A DNA stretch of 64,000 nucleotides from an uncultured Azospirillum sp. (GTDB lineage Bacteria; Pseudomonadota; Alphaproteobacteria; RF32; CAG-239), in contig UQMA01000001.1 of NCBI GenBank assembly GCA_900542055.1, positions 8,079 to 72,078 of the forward strand, written 5' to 3'. Below, in pieces: positions 40,258 through 51,180 of this stretch. The notes beneath the pieces are model-generated. The model did not search any database. It was not told the origin of the DNA and saw only the letters and a list, made by a program, of their open reading frames with translations. Numbering within the stretch: the stretch's first letter is position 1; each line of letters begins with the position of its first letter. Position numbers and translations under genes: made by a program.

Positions 40258-40798
40258 TTTGAACGCCCTGTTTGGTTGCTATTGCATGAAAATAAGCCCC
40301 AAGCCGCAAAGATATATCATTGGAAATTATTTTTGCCGCATCCCGATCGCCTTTTTTCTTGGCCATGGTTGTAGAATAAGGATTCGCCAAAATATCATAA
40401 CTTGTAAAAGCTATACTGTCGCCGTCCAGCAGCCTTTCATTTTCAGACATCATATAATAAGTAACTTTATAACGCACCATCTTGCGCGTTGCCGTAATAT
40501 CCGAACGCAAAGCCTGATCCGTTTCCTGCTTAGAGGCCAACTTCACATATAATCTGTATTTCGGATGTTCCGGCTGTCCGAGAGGAGAAAGTAAATCTAT
40601 TAAATCATTGCGCAAAAGCTGACCGAACCTGTCGCTAATCGGCTGCACTTTAATTTTTGCCATTTCTTGCGAAATCGAAGTATCGAAATCACCATTAAAA
40701 TACCATGCGTTATCATGTTTTTTTTCAACATATAACGGTTCAAAGCCGCAAGCCGCAACAAGCAAGGCCAGCAATATAATATAATTTTTACGCAACAA
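40247..40798 (-). CDS. lptE: LPS assembly lipoprotein LptE
   Basis: Lipobox LLVAAC|G. Position between leuS and holA. Confidence 0.7.
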   Translation of the reverse strand: MLRKNYIILLALLVAACGFEPLYVEKKHDNAWYFNGDFDTSISQEMAKIKVQPISDRFGQLLRNDLIDLLSPLGQPEHPKYRLYVKLASKQETDQALRSDITATRKMVRYKVTYYMMSENERLLDGDSIAFTSYDILANPYSTTMAKKKGDRDAAKIISNDISLRLGAYFHAIATKQGVQNDF

Positions 40799-43244
40799 TA
40801 TTCACAATCCTGTTAGGTACGACAATCACTTTTTTAATTTCACGCCCTTCTAATTGACGAGCAACATTCTCCAAAGCCAAAGCTTTTTTCTCAACATCTG
40901 CCTGCGGAGCATCTTTAGGCATTTCGATGGTTCCGCGCATTTTTCCGCAAATCTGAACAGCCAAAGTAACGACATTGTCTTCGGCCAATTTTGCGTCGCC
41001 CTTCGGCCATGATTCATTGAGGACCAATGTATCTTTACCGAGGCGCGCCCACATTTCTTCACTCAGATGCGGAGCAAACGGCGACAGCAATTTCATCAGC
41101 GTTTCATACATTTCTTGCGGAATTTTATCCAAACCGCTCAGATAGTTAACATATGTCATCAACGATGAAACCGCTGTATTAAAACGCATACCGTCAATTC
41201 TTTCCGTAACTTCAATAATACATTTATGCATAGCGCGCAAATCATCGGCAGACGGTTTTACGTCGGCAACCTTTTTAAACAAGCCGTAAATTTTTCCGAC
41301 AAAACGATAAACACCCATCAGGCTTTCTTCAGACCACATAGCCACCTGATCAAACGGACCGATAAACATTTCATACAAACGGAAAGTATCAGCGCCGTAT
41401 GTATTGACAATATCATCAGGATTAATCACATTGCCGCGTGATTTTGACATTTTTTCACCGTTTGAAGCCAAAATCATACCATGCGAAGTACGTTTATTAT
41501 AAGGCTCCTTGGTTGGAACATAACCGCAGTCATATAAAAATTTATGCCAAAAACGAGAATACAGCAGGTGCAAAGTGGTATGCTCCATACCGCCGTTATA
41601 CCAGTCAACATTCATCCAATAATCCAAAGCTTCTTTTGAAGCAAATTCTTTATCATTATGCGGATCACAATAGCGCAAGAAATACCATGACGAACCCGCC
41701 CAGTTTGGCATAACATCAGTTTCGCGCCGAGCTTTTCCGCCGCACTTCGGACAAGTTGTATTCACCCAATCCGTAGCTTTTGACAACGGAGATTCGCCTT
41801 CGTCATTCGGATGATAATCAGGAACTTCAGGCAAAGTTAAGGGCAGTTCCGATTCCGGAATAGGCTGCCAGCCGCAATGTTCGCAATAAACCATAGGTAT
41901 CGGCTCGCCCCAATAACGCTGACGCGAAAATACCCAATCACGCAGCTTGAAATTTACCTTGGAACGACCAAAACCATTTTTAACAGCATAATCAATTGCC
42001 GCGCGCATTCCTTCTTCTTTATTCATACCATTCAAAAATTCCGAATTGATATGCGCTCCGTCTTCTTCCCAAGCTTTTTCGGAAATATCTCCGCCTTCAA
42101 GCACTTGCACAATCGGCAAACCAAAAACTTTTGCAAAATCATAATCTCGCTGATCATGCGCAGGCACCGCCATAATCGCGCCGGTGCCATAGCCTGTCAA
42201 AACATAATCGGAAATAAATACCGGTATCATCTTGCCATTATAAGGGTTGCGGGCTTTAATTCCCTTCAACTCAACACCGGTTTTATCTTCACTCATACTG
42301 CGCTGCAATTCAGATTTTTTAGCAGTATCAGCAACATAAGCTTTAATTTCCTCTTGATTTTCAAATTGCTGCATATATTTATTAACAAAAGGGTGTTCCG
42401 GAGCTAAAACCATATAAGTAACACCGAAAGCCGTATCAGGGCGTGTGGTAAACACCGTCAGTTTTTCACCGGCAAAATCAAAATCAAGCTCAGCCCCCTC
42501 GGAACGGCCTATCCAGTTTATCTGCTGAGATTTCACGCGGTCAATAAAATCAAGATCATTCAAATCATCAATCAAACGATCTGCGTATTTGGTAATAGCT
42601 ATCATCCATTGTTCTTTATTTTTACGAACAACTTGTGCGCCGCAACGTTCGCAGCAACCGTTTACAACCTCTTCATTAGCCAAACCGACTTTGCAGTTCG
42701 GACACCAGTTTATGGCTATTTTATCTTTATAAGCCAAACCTTTTTCAAAAAATTTGATAAACATCCATTGCGTCCATTTATAATATTCCGGATCGCAAGT
42801 TGTAACACATCTGTCCCAATCAAAACTAAAGCCTAAAGATTTAAGCTGGCGGGTAAAATTAGCAATATTGGCTTTTGTTGAAATTGCCGGATGAACACCG
42901 GTTTTAATTGCATAATTTTCGGCAGGAAGTCCAAAAGCGTCAAACCCCATGGGATACAAAACATTATAGCCCTGCATTCTCTTTTTGCGGGCAACTACAT
43001 CTAAAGCCGTATAAGAGCGCGGATGCCCCACATGCAAACCGGCTCCCGAAGGATAAGGAAACTCTACCAAAACATAAAATTTTTCTTTATTTTTATCAAT
43101 ATCTACATGGTACGTCTTTTCGTCTTCCCAAATTTTTTGCCATTTATTTTCAATTGTGCGAAAATTGTATCTATCTTCCAACGCCCACTCTTTCTGCCAT
43201 TCAGCAAAACTTTTGCCGTTATGGCGCGCATTTGTTTCACTCAT
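40788..43244 (-). CDS. leuS: Leucyl-tRNA synthetase
   Basis: HVGHPRSY (HIGH), KMSKS, 818 aa. Confidence 0.95.
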   Translation of the reverse strand: MSETNARHNGKSFAEWQKEWALEDRYNFRTIENKWQKIWEDEKTYHVDIDKNKEKFYVLVEFPYPSGAGLHVGHPRSYTALDVVARKKRMQGYNVLYPMGFDAFGLPAENYAIKTGVHPAISTKANIANFTRQLKSLGFSFDWDRCVTTCDPEYYKWTQWMFIKFFEKGLAYKDKIAINWCPNCKVGLANEEVVNGCCERCGAQVVRKNKEQWMIAITKYADRLIDDLNDLDFIDRVKSQQINWIGRSEGAELDFDFAGEKLTVFTTRPDTAFGVTYMVLAPEHPFVNKYMQQFENQEEIKAYVADTAKKSELQRSMSEDKTGVELKGIKARNPYNGKMIPVFISDYVLTGYGTGAIMAVPAHDQRDYDFAKVFGLPIVQVLEGGDISEKAWEEDGAHINSEFLNGMNKEEGMRAAIDYAVKNGFGRSKVNFKLRDWVFSRQRYWGEPIPMVYCEHCGWQPIPESELPLTLPEVPDYHPNDEGESPLSKATDWVNTTCPKCGGKARRETDVMPNWAGSSWYFLRYCDPHNDKEFASKEALDYWMNVDWYNGGMEHTTLHLLYSRFWHKFLYDCGYVPTKEPYNKRTSHGMILASNGEKMSKSRGNVINPDDIVNTYGADTFRLYEMFIGPFDQVAMWSEESLMGVYRFVGKIYGLFKKVADVKPSADDLRAMHKCIIEVTERIDGMRFNTAVSSLMTYVNYLSGLDKIPQEMYETLMKLLSPFAPHLSEEMWARLGKDTLVLNESWPKGDAKLAEDNVVTLAVQICGKMRGTIEMPKDAPQADVEKKALALENVARQLEGREIKKVIVVPNRIVNIVA

Positions 43245-43413
43245 CCGAAAACCTTTCTTTAGCTTTTATTTTTATATGTGAAAAATTCTGTTTGCCAGAC
43301 TATAATATTTTCGTCAAAAAGACAATAGGGTTAAATTATTTTCCCACTTGTAATTCTTTTTGCATTTTCATAAACTGTCGATTAATGATCGACTTTAATG
43401 AAAGGCAGAAAAA

Positions 43414-44694
43414 TTGAACATCAGAGAAACAGCTGCAGAAATTTATCGCAAAGCACTTGAAGGAAAAGGCGCTGATGCTGATATCGCGGCAAATGCCGCC
43501 GCTCAGGAAAGAGCTTTTATCAAACGGCTTGTACTGACTGCATTACGCCGTCAGGAGTTTTTGAAAAAAATAATCGGCAAATTTTCTTCAAAGCCTCTTC
43601 CCGCAAAATTATCCGCCGTTCATTTATTAATTATACTCGGCGCAGTCGAAATTTTATATTTCGATACTCCTGAATACGCCATAGTTAACAGCTATGTGGA
43701 ATTAGCCAAAAAGAACGGCGGAAAATATGCCGGCGGTTTTGTAAACGCAATTTTGCATAAAATCTGCCAAAACAAAGAAAACATATCACAAGCAGCCGGA
43801 GCTCCTTTTTTCCCGAAAGCTTTCCGGCGCTTATTACAGGATGATTATTCGCAAAAACAAATAAACGCCGTCGAACGGACAGCGCTTAATGAACCGCCTT
43901 TGGATATAACTGTAAAAAAAGGCGCTTCAGAATGGAGCAAACAATTAGACGGAAAAATTATGCCCAACGGCTCGGTACGGCTTTATTCAGCCGGAGATGT
44001 AAAATTACTTTCCGGTTATAATGAAGGAGCGTGGTGGGTACAGGATATGGCTTCTTCTTTGGCTGTAATTTCTCTGGGAGATATAAAAGGAAAAAACATT
44101 TTGGATCTTTGCGCTGCCCCCGGAGGAAAAACTGCCCAATTAGCAAACGGCGGAGCCTGTGTAACTGCGCTTGATATTTCGGCAGAACGTCTGAATACAT
44201 TAAAAAACAATTTAGACAGATTGCAATTGCCTGTTCAGAAAATTATTTGCGAAGATGCCTTAAACTTTTTAAAAAATACCGATAAGGTCTACGATATTAT
44301 TTTAGTTGACGCTCCCTGTTCGGCAACGGGAACTTTGCGCCGTCACCCTGAAATTATTCATACCCGCGGAGCTAAAGACATCGAACAAAATGCAGCCTTG
44401 CAGAAAAAACTGTTGGAAGCGGCGGCATCTCGCATTATTAACGGCGGAATAATACTTTATGCCGTTTGTTCTCTTTCTAAAAAAGAAGGTGAAAAACAAA
44501 TTTTAGAATTTGTTTCATCTCATCCCGAATTTAAAATAAATCCGATAAAAGCTGAAACCATCGCCGGACAAAGAAAAAATGAAATCAACGAGTTAATAAC
44601 CAATGAAGGTTTTATTCGCTGTCTTCCCTGCTATTTTGAGCAAGACGGCGGTCTTGACGGATTTTTTGTTGCTCAACTGAAAAAGGTAAAATAA
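43414..44694 (+). CDS. rsmB: 16S rRNA m5C methyltransferase RsmB/Sun family
   Basis: DLCAAPGGKT, VDAPCSATGTLRRHPE, and the NusB-like N-terminal domain. Confidence 0.8.
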   Translation: MNIRETAAEIYRKALEGKGADADIAANAAAQERAFIKRLVLTALRRQEFLKKIIGKFSSKPLPAKLSAVHLLIILGAVEILYFDTPEYAIVNSYVELAKKNGGKYAGGFVNAILHKICQNKENISQAAGAPFFPKAFRRLLQDDYSQKQINAVERTALNEPPLDITVKKGASEWSKQLDGKIMPNGSVRLYSAGDVKLLSGYNEGAWWVQDMASSLAVISLGDIKGKNILDLCAAPGGKTAQLANGGACVTALDISAERLNTLKNNLDRLQLPVQKIICEDALNFLKNTDKVYDIILVDAPCSATGTLRRHPEIIHTRGAKDIEQNAALQKKLLEAAASRIINGGIILYAVCSLSKKEGEKQILEFVSSHPEFKINPIKAETIAGQRKNEINELITNEGFIRCLPCYFEQDGGLDGFFVAQLKKVK

Positions 44695-44695
44695 T

Positions 44696-45601
44696 ATGAC
44701 AAATCCCATTTATATCATTGGAAACAACGCTCTTGCATGCTATCTCGGAGCACAACTGCAAAGCGGCGGAAATGATGTGATTATGCTGCTTGACAGAAAA
44801 AATGCAGCCGAAGCTATGGCGACAGACGGAATTTCCATAAAAGAAGATCGGAGCCTGACTCAAAAAAGGCACAAATTAAATGCGGCAACCTTTATGAAAG
44901 AACCTGCAAAAATGGTTATTATTGCCGACTATGCCAATAAAATTAACGGCGCTTTAAGCAATGTTTCAGCTATCAAAACCGGAAATGCTCCGGTTGTCTG
45001 CTTTACCCCGCTTAAAGATATGTCATATTTAGCACCTATCGTCGGAAAAAATTTACATCCGGCATATTTTAATGGTTACGTAATGACAAGCAAAAATACC
45101 GTTTCACTGCTTGGACGCAACACAAACATCACTCTTTGCCCGCCGGAAAACGGCGAAATAGACCCGATTGCCTTAAACACTTTTACCGAAAGCAGAATGC
45201 AAATCTCGGCCAGCAGCAACAGGCTATTGAGCTTTTGGGAATTTTTTGCCCCTTATGCGCTGTGTTCTTTACTTTCAGCCGCCGAAAATCAAAAAATTTC
45301 GGATATTTTGAAAGACAAAGCCAACAAAGAAGCCATGCGCCCGCTGGTAGATGAATTTTGCTGTCTGGCGCAAACCGACGATGTTGTTTTGCGTGCCGAT
45401 GCAGTGCTTAAGACAATTTACAGCACGCCGGCAAACTATATATATCCGCTTCATCAGTCGGTTTGGAACGGAGGAAGAAATGAATTTAATCTCATAAGTT
45501 CTGTTATTTCAACTGCTGAATTAAAAGCCGGATCAAGTTTTCCTCAAATAGGCATATTATTAAAAAAACTGTACAAATTAATTCTCAATCCAACATTGTA
45601 G
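44696..45601 (+). CDS. Rossmann-fold protein, possibly ketopantoate-reductase (ApbA/PanE)-like
   Basis: N-terminal IYIIGNNALACYLGAQL. Weak assignment. Confidence 0.35.
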   Translation: MTNPIYIIGNNALACYLGAQLQSGGNDVIMLLDRKNAAEAMATDGISIKEDRSLTQKRHKLNAATFMKEPAKMVIIADYANKINGALSNVSAIKTGNAPVVCFTPLKDMSYLAPIVGKNLHPAYFNGYVMTSKNTVSLLGRNTNITLCPPENGEIDPIALNTFTESRMQISASSNRLLSFWEFFAPYALCSLLSAAENQKISDILKDKANKEAMRPLVDEFCCLAQTDDVVLRADAVLKTIYSTPANYIYPLHQSVWNGGRNEFNLISSVISTAELKAGSSFPQIGILLKKLYKLILNPTL

Positions 45602-45662
45602 TTGAAGAAAAACATCTTTCAGATTATAAATAACAATATACAGCGTCAAAAAAGAGGTCAAA

Positions 45663-46748
45663 ATGAACAGCATTTTTTTTATTGCACTTCTGGCTGCTTT
45701 TGCGGCTTTTTTAATTCCGGCATTAATATATAACCGTTTGGCAAGCAGAAGCCGACGTTTTAACAGTGGTCTCAACGTGCAAAAAATGCTTTTCATACCT
45801 TTTGCCGGAATATTATTTGTTATTTCTTCTTTTTTATATTTCACACTGTACAATCAGCAACAATTTTTAACATCTTTGTCATATACGGAATTGGCGGTTC
45901 CTTTCATTATGGCTGGCATAATCTGTTTGCTTTCGGGTTACAACAAAACCTCGCGATTTTTCCCGTTATTTTTATTAGCAGGCACTATTGCCGCAACTTT
46001 TGCTGTTCCTTCGGAAGCTATCGCTGCCGCAACGCCTTTACCAGCCTTTTATAACCGATTGATTATTTGTTTGGCATGGTTTGTTTTCAGCTATGCTTAT
46101 CGTTATGCCAACACCGGCGATGCCATGCTCAGCATTCAATCAATCATCATTGCCGGCGGTATAGGAATTTTGGGATTGATTGACGCCATTCCTTTATTGC
46201 TCGGCATATTGGGTTTTGTTTTTACCGCCGGTTTTGTCGCTTTACTTGTGTTCAACTGGCCGCCGGCTCGCTTATCAATATCAGCTGACACAGCCAGCTG
46301 TTTCGGTTTTTTGCTTTTTGCCTTATGCGTATGGACTGCTGCCGAAAATGCAGGAAGCTGCGTAGCTATATACATGCTGTATTTTTTATTAGATTTGGTA
46401 TGGGCATTATTATTACGTTTCAGCTTTATTGAAAAATACTCAAATTTTATTGAAAATACAGCTTACCGTCAGGCTATTGCCGAAGGAGTATCACCCCAAA
46501 GTGCGGCAACATTTGCTTTTCGCGCACAAATTTTACTTATTTTTTTAGGTTGCTTTCAAGCTCTTGCCGACAACCAAACATCACTATTGCTTATATCAAG
46601 CCTGATCACCATTTGGCTGCTATATCGTTTTCGTTCTATATCCATACCGGTAGATAGTTTTAAGGATATAAACAAGCAAGTTCTTGATGATTTGCAAGAC
46701 CGTGTAAACGACATTAAACAATATATCAACAAGGGCAGTGATTTTTAA
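45663..46748 (+). CDS. Polytopic membrane protein, possibly a divergent MraY/WecA-like glycosyl-phosphate transferase
   Basis: FNWPPARLSISADTASCFGF resembles N-x-PA(R/K)-x-FMGD-(A/T)GS. The DDxxD motif was not found. Confidence 0.3.
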   Translation: MNSIFFIALLAAFAAFLIPALIYNRLASRSRRFNSGLNVQKMLFIPFAGILFVISSFLYFTLYNQQQFLTSLSYTELAVPFIMAGIICLLSGYNKTSRFFPLFLLAGTIAATFAVPSEAIAAATPLPAFYNRLIICLAWFVFSYAYRYANTGDAMLSIQSIIIAGGIGILGLIDAIPLLLGILGFVFTAGFVALLVFNWPPARLSISADTASCFGFLLFALCVWTAAENAGSCVAIYMLYFLLDLVWALLLRFSFIEKYSNFIENTAYRQAIAEGVSPQSAATFAFRAQILLIFLGCFQALADNQTSLLLISSLITIWLLYRFRSISIPVDSFKDINKQVLDDLQDRVNDIKQYINKGSDF

Positions 46749-48136
46749 TGATACGTAATTTTTGGCAAAAATTATTCAAAGTATCATCAGAACCCAAAAG
46801 TTCTGAAAATATTGCCGATTATGGACCTAAATTTCGCATCACCGTTGCCGATTTTTACGACAATATAAGTAACACCGGCGCTTTTCATTTGGCAGAAGCT
46901 CTGAACAGCTGTGAAGGAATTGAAGCTTTTGCCGACTGTAAAGATTTTGATCACAATTTTTTAAATCTCGAAAGCCGAAATATTTTTGACCTTATTGATA
47001 CCGGACAGAACATTTTGCATCAAAATAACTCGGAAGTTGTAATTTGGGGATATCGCGAAAAAGATCGCATCAGACTTAATTTTCAAAATACCGCACAATA
47101 TGAAGACGTCGGAAATTCTTTTATATCATTGATGGACTGTTTTTATCTTCCGGCAGATATGCTTGATGACAATGAACCGAAAGTCCCTTCGACTTTACTC
47201 ATACTGATTTATGGTATAGTTATAAGTGCTGTAAACAATCCTGCCAAAGAGTTTCAAATTTATAAAAAATATTTACTGAAAAAAATAGTGCACCAATTAT
47301 CGCAGATTGATTCGGCGCAATCTCTCGGCTTGGAATATATGCCTTATATCCTCAATTTCTTGGGCATTATTTACCTTAGTGTTGCTTACGACAGCTCGGA
47401 AACTGAAAACTTCAAAACAATTCGCAGTTTATTTGAAAGCGCACTCAAGCATCAAAATCAAATTTTACAGCCAACACATTTAGGCTGTATTTACTACCAT
47501 TTAGGTCAATTATACGACAGTGCAACTCACTATATTCCTGAAAGTCCGTCTTCTCTTTTTCGCGGTGCGATTAAAAATTATCAAATGGCGCAAAAATATC
47601 TGAGCAAATACACCTATCCTTATGATTATGGTTATATTTGCTACAAATTATCAGGTTTATACGTCAGTTATTGGAAACAAACTGAAGACACTCAGGCGCT
47701 TAGAGATGCTGTTTTCCAGCTTCGTGAAGCTGAAAAAGTTTACACTCAAGCTTTATTTCCTGACTTTTGGGCTCGAATAGAAGGGAATTTAGGTTATTTG
47801 CTGCAAAATCTCGGACATTTAACCAAAAGCACCGAAATCGGCAATTTAGCTATCAGGGCTTATCAAAATCAACAAAAGATTGTAACCGAAAAAAACAACC
47901 CTATTCTTTGGGGCGAGATTCAGGAAAAAATCGGAAATATTTTTTACCTTCAAGGACGTAATCACAGCGATACGGAAGCGCTGGAAGAATCATTGTCTTG
48001 TTTTCATGACGCTCTTTACGTTTTTGAAACATCAGGCGAACTAATAAAAGCCAAACAATTAAAATTCGATATAAACAAAACATATCAAACTTTATCTGAG
48101 TTAAAAGCAGCCGATAACGAAGAAGAAACAGAATAA
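46748..48136 (+). CDS. Hypothetical TPR-like repeat protein (462 aa)
   Basis: TAATG overlap with the previous gene. Repeated L/Y/A-rich helical pairs. Confidence 0.5.
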   Translation: MIRNFWQKLFKVSSEPKSSENIADYGPKFRITVADFYDNISNTGAFHLAEALNSCEGIEAFADCKDFDHNFLNLESRNIFDLIDTGQNILHQNNSEVVIWGYREKDRIRLNFQNTAQYEDVGNSFISLMDCFYLPADMLDDNEPKVPSTLLILIYGIVISAVNNPAKEFQIYKKYLLKKIVHQLSQIDSAQSLGLEYMPYILNFLGIIYLSVAYDSSETENFKTIRSLFESALKHQNQILQPTHLGCIYYHLGQLYDSATHYIPESPSSLFRGAIKNYQMAQKYLSKYTYPYDYGYICYKLSGLYVSYWKQTEDTQALRDAVFQLREAEKVYTQALFPDFWARIEGNLGYLLQNLGHLTKSTEIGNLAIRAYQNQQKIVTEKNNPILWGEIQEKIGNIFYLQGRNHSDTEALEESLSCFHDALYVFETSGELIKAKQLKFDINKTYQTLSELKAADNEEETE

Positions 48137-48155
48137 ATTTTTTGATTTATAAAAA

Positions 48156-48246
48156 TGGCGGATGAGGAGGGATTTGAACCCCCGTTACGGGATTACCGTA
48201 AACACGATTTCGAGTCGCGCGCATTCAGCCTCTCTGCCACTCATCC
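48156..48246 (-). tRNA. tRNA-Ser (long variable arm; anticodon read as CGA)
   Basis: Reverse complement: GGATGAG acceptor pairs with CTCATCC. Extra arm present. T-arm GGTTCAAATCC. CCA encoded. Length 91 nt. Confidence 0.75.
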
Positions 48247-48371
48247 ATCCAAGCTGCGAAATACTGCAAGCAAAATCAATATACATTTATTAAAAGCAAA
48301 CATAAAATTTTGCAAGTTTTTTTTAGCCTGAATACATCAATTTTTAATATTAAGATATTTTTGCCAAATTC

Positions 48372-48400
48372 TTGACAAAAATATCTTTTTTATATATATT
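48372..48400 (+). promoter_or_regulatory. Near-consensus sigma70 promoter (ttgaca, 17 nt spacer, tatatt) upstream of the second GH24 gene
   Basis: Hexamers read directly from the sequence. Confidence 0.4.
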
Positions 48401-48437
48401 TAATCCGTTTTTAAATTATGTTATAAAATTATTTTAT

Positions 48438-49238
48438 ATGAAAAAATTTTATGTTATCGCATTAATTATCAGTATAATTTATGCGTACAATAATTTGTCC
48501 GAAGATTCCAGACATCCGCCGCGAGACATTGAAATTTCTAGCAATGAACTCTGTATGGCCGATGAAGATACAGTCAGTATAGAAACTTCTCCCAACAAAG
48601 AAACTTATCTGAGTGTTGAAGACGAAGTTCTTATCTGCCTTGCGTATGTTGAAAACTATAGCGAACGTTCTTATTTCTGCGGAAAAAGATGGACAATAGG
48701 CTACGGTTCCACATATTACGCCGATGGAACAAGGGTGCAAAGCAATGAGCAAATAACCATGTTACAAGCTCAAAAATGTGTCAGACAGCATCTGCGCAGA
48801 TATGTTTTTCCATATATTGATAAATATGTAAAACGCAGGCTCTCCAGACAAGAAATTATCGGAACAAGTATGTTTATTTACAATATCGGTTCCGAAAATT
48901 TTAAACAGAGCGCCTTTTTGCAAGCCGTCAATAATGGAAAATCGCCTAAAGAATGCGCAAGACGTATGACAGAGTTTAGTAAATCAGGCGGAAAAACAGC
49001 TTTAGGATTGCTGAAAAGAGAATGGGTGCAAGGAGCAATATACTGTGGCCACATTTCTCCGCATGAACTTTTGAATTTAAAACCGGCAGGATTTTATAAC
49101 TTTGGGTTAAGTGAGTTTTACAACAACCAATACCGTTTATGGGATGGTTTTTATGATTATAACTTCTCTCAACAAAAAATAAAATCTTTCCTGCACAAAA
49201 ACAAAAGCAATGATTTACGCGTTATCGACATCATCTGA
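48438..49238 (+). CDS. Second secreted GH24 lysozyme-like protein (paralog of 17507..18517)
   Basis: Signal anchor MKKFYVIALIISIIYA. YVENYSE...CGKRWTIGYGST. The conserved Asp is replaced. Confidence 0.65.
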   Translation: MKKFYVIALIISIIYAYNNLSEDSRHPPRDIEISSNELCMADEDTVSIETSPNKETYLSVEDEVLICLAYVENYSERSYFCGKRWTIGYGSTYYADGTRVQSNEQITMLQAQKCVRQHLRRYVFPYIDKYVKRRLSRQEIIGTSMFIYNIGSENFKQSAFLQAVNNGKSPKECARRMTEFSKSGGKTALGLLKREWVQGAIYCGHISPHELLNLKPAGFYNFGLSEFYNNQYRLWDGFYDYNFSQQKIKSFLHKNKSNDLRVIDII

Positions 49239-49277
49239 AAAAAGCCTTTACTTTATCAAAAGTAAAGGCTTTTTTGT
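49239..49277 (+). terminator. Hairpin aaagcctttac-tttatcaaaa-gtaaaggcttt with T-run
   Basis: After the GH24 paralog. Confidence 0.8.
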
Positions 49278-49360
49278 TCAACATTTTTATAAAAAAATCA
49301 AAAGCCACATTATCCAGCAGCATTTGATTTTTAAATATTTAGTTTTATATAAGCAAACAA

Positions 49361-49397
49361 CAAAAAAGTATCACTCTTTGCAGAGTGATACTTTTTC
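49361..49397 (-). terminator. Hairpin agtatcactct-ttgc-agagtgatact
   Basis: Downstream of the minus-strand gene 49415..49798. Confidence 0.7.
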
Positions 49398-49414
49398 ATT
49401 ATAGCAAGCCCTGA

Positions 49415-49798
49415 TTACGCTGTAGCACCATACTTACGTAAGAGTGCACATTTTTTCTCATCATCCTTACATAACTCCAAAAGCGAGCCATAGAAATAAT
49501 CTTCGTGCTCAAATGGAGAATATTCATTACAATAAGAAAAATCATTAGTATACCTTTCTTTTGTAACAACTATTGTGTTAGGGTTTAAACCTTTTTTAAG
49601 CAAGGCTTCAAGCTGGTTAATATCGCCATATTTGCAGAGATATTTAAGTTCTTCATTAAACTTCAATTTTCTCTCATTATACTTAGCAATACACCTATCA
49701 ATGCCCTTAGCTGCAATATTAACAAGATGCGATATTACAACACACAAACCAAGCATCACAATTAGAAAAACTACTGATAAAATTACGTATACAATCAT
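49415..49798 (-). CDS. Hypothetical N-terminally membrane-anchored protein (127 aa)
   Basis: ORF with a hydrophobic N-terminus. Confidence 0.4.
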   Translation of the reverse strand: MIVYVILSVVFLIVMLGLCVVISHLVNIAAKGIDRCIAKYNERKLKFNEELKYLCKYGDINQLEALLKKGLNPNTIVVTKERYTNDFSYCNEYSPFEHEDYFYGSLLELCKDDEKKCALLRKYGATA

Positions 49799-50084
49799 AA
49801 TTACTTAATTTAAGTTTAACATTCAAAAATAAAAAAGTATTATAAAGCAAGCTACAAACAAATTATAACAAATTATAGCAAATTAATGACAAATATAATA
49901 ATACTTTAAGAAATACTATTATACCACATTTACTTGTTTTAGCAAGTTTTTTTATATTTGTGCTGAGATAAAATCTCAAAAGCAAACGATAACTGTTTTT
50001 GTCAGGAAAATGGCTAAAATGCCGCAAATAAAAAATATTAAACTTTGTTCGGATTTCAAACATTGTTTAACATTTTAGTGAAAA

Positions 50085-50839
50085 TTACTTCTTTTGCCAT
50101 TGCATTAAAAATTCTTTTTCATTGGTAACATCATCTAATTGCTCACGGATGAAATCAAACTCATTTTGCTTATAAAATTTGTAGGCAAGTTCATTTTTTT
50201 GATAAACCGATAATCTCAAACTATGATTCAATGATTTTGCATAATTCAGTAATTGCTTTCCAATTCCTTGCGCTCTGGCATCTCTTTGCACAAAGACGCC
50301 TGCGATAAATTCATCTTGCAAGCCTATAAAGCCCTTTATTTGGTTGGATTTTTCATCTTCATAAACATAAACCTTGCTTTGTGGCAGCATTTGCTTAACA
50401 AAATCATAGTTTTGTTGCCAATATTCCGATGCAATAAAATGATGTGCTTGCAAATTACCATCAAGCCATATCTGCATCACCATGTCTAAATCTGTTATTT
50501 TCAGCGGTCGTATCATTTCCTTTGCGCCATCATACGGAAGTTCCATACTTGCGTTTGGCATCATAGTCTTTGCTGCTTTCACAGGTTTTACCAGAAATCT
50601 GTCGTCATAAATTCCGCCAATTACTTTGTCACGATAATAAATGATATATTCCCCCATCATGCCCGATAGGAAACTTCATTCAATTCTGACAGTTGGTCAA
50701 CTATAAAATCCAAGAATTCTTTGCTTGATGCCATTATTTTCCTCATTTTGAGAGTAATATTAAGGCAATTTTGGTTAAAAAAGACATAAATTGGCTGTAA
50801 AAAATCATAGTTTTGATTTTTGTAATTTACGAAAATCAA
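50085..50839 (-). pseudogene. TfoX_N-domain / GNAT acetyltransferase fusion gene split by a 1-nt frameshift
   Basis: The upstream frame ends ...SELNEVSYRA*. The next frame continues MMGEYIIYYRDKVIGGIYDDRFLVK, matching the TfoX_N consensus S.LGEVS.RRMFGGYGLY.DG.MFAL..DD.LYLK across the break. GNAT motif A is QGIGKQLL. Confidence 0.5.
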
Positions 50840-51180
50840 TTTTATTTTTTCCGTTGGAACATGTTTTTTTCATCATTGTATAAAAATCGGTGGTAGAAGA
50901 TTTTTCCACGATAAATGTAAGCGATGCGGGTGGACGTATCGCCGTGCGAAATTCGGTAGTGGATTAGCAGAAAGCCCTTATAAATAAAGCCTTTCTCCCA
51001 TAAAGTTATTAAATCACCAAGGGGTATTTTATCAATTTTGTAACTGAAATACGGGCAAGCAAATAAATTTATTACAAATCCCGTAACTATGAAATTTGTG
51101 CATGTTTTGCGCCGAAAATGCTCCCAAAATGATGTTACGAAAAAGCATATTTCAAATATTAAAGAGATGTTAGAAAAAGA

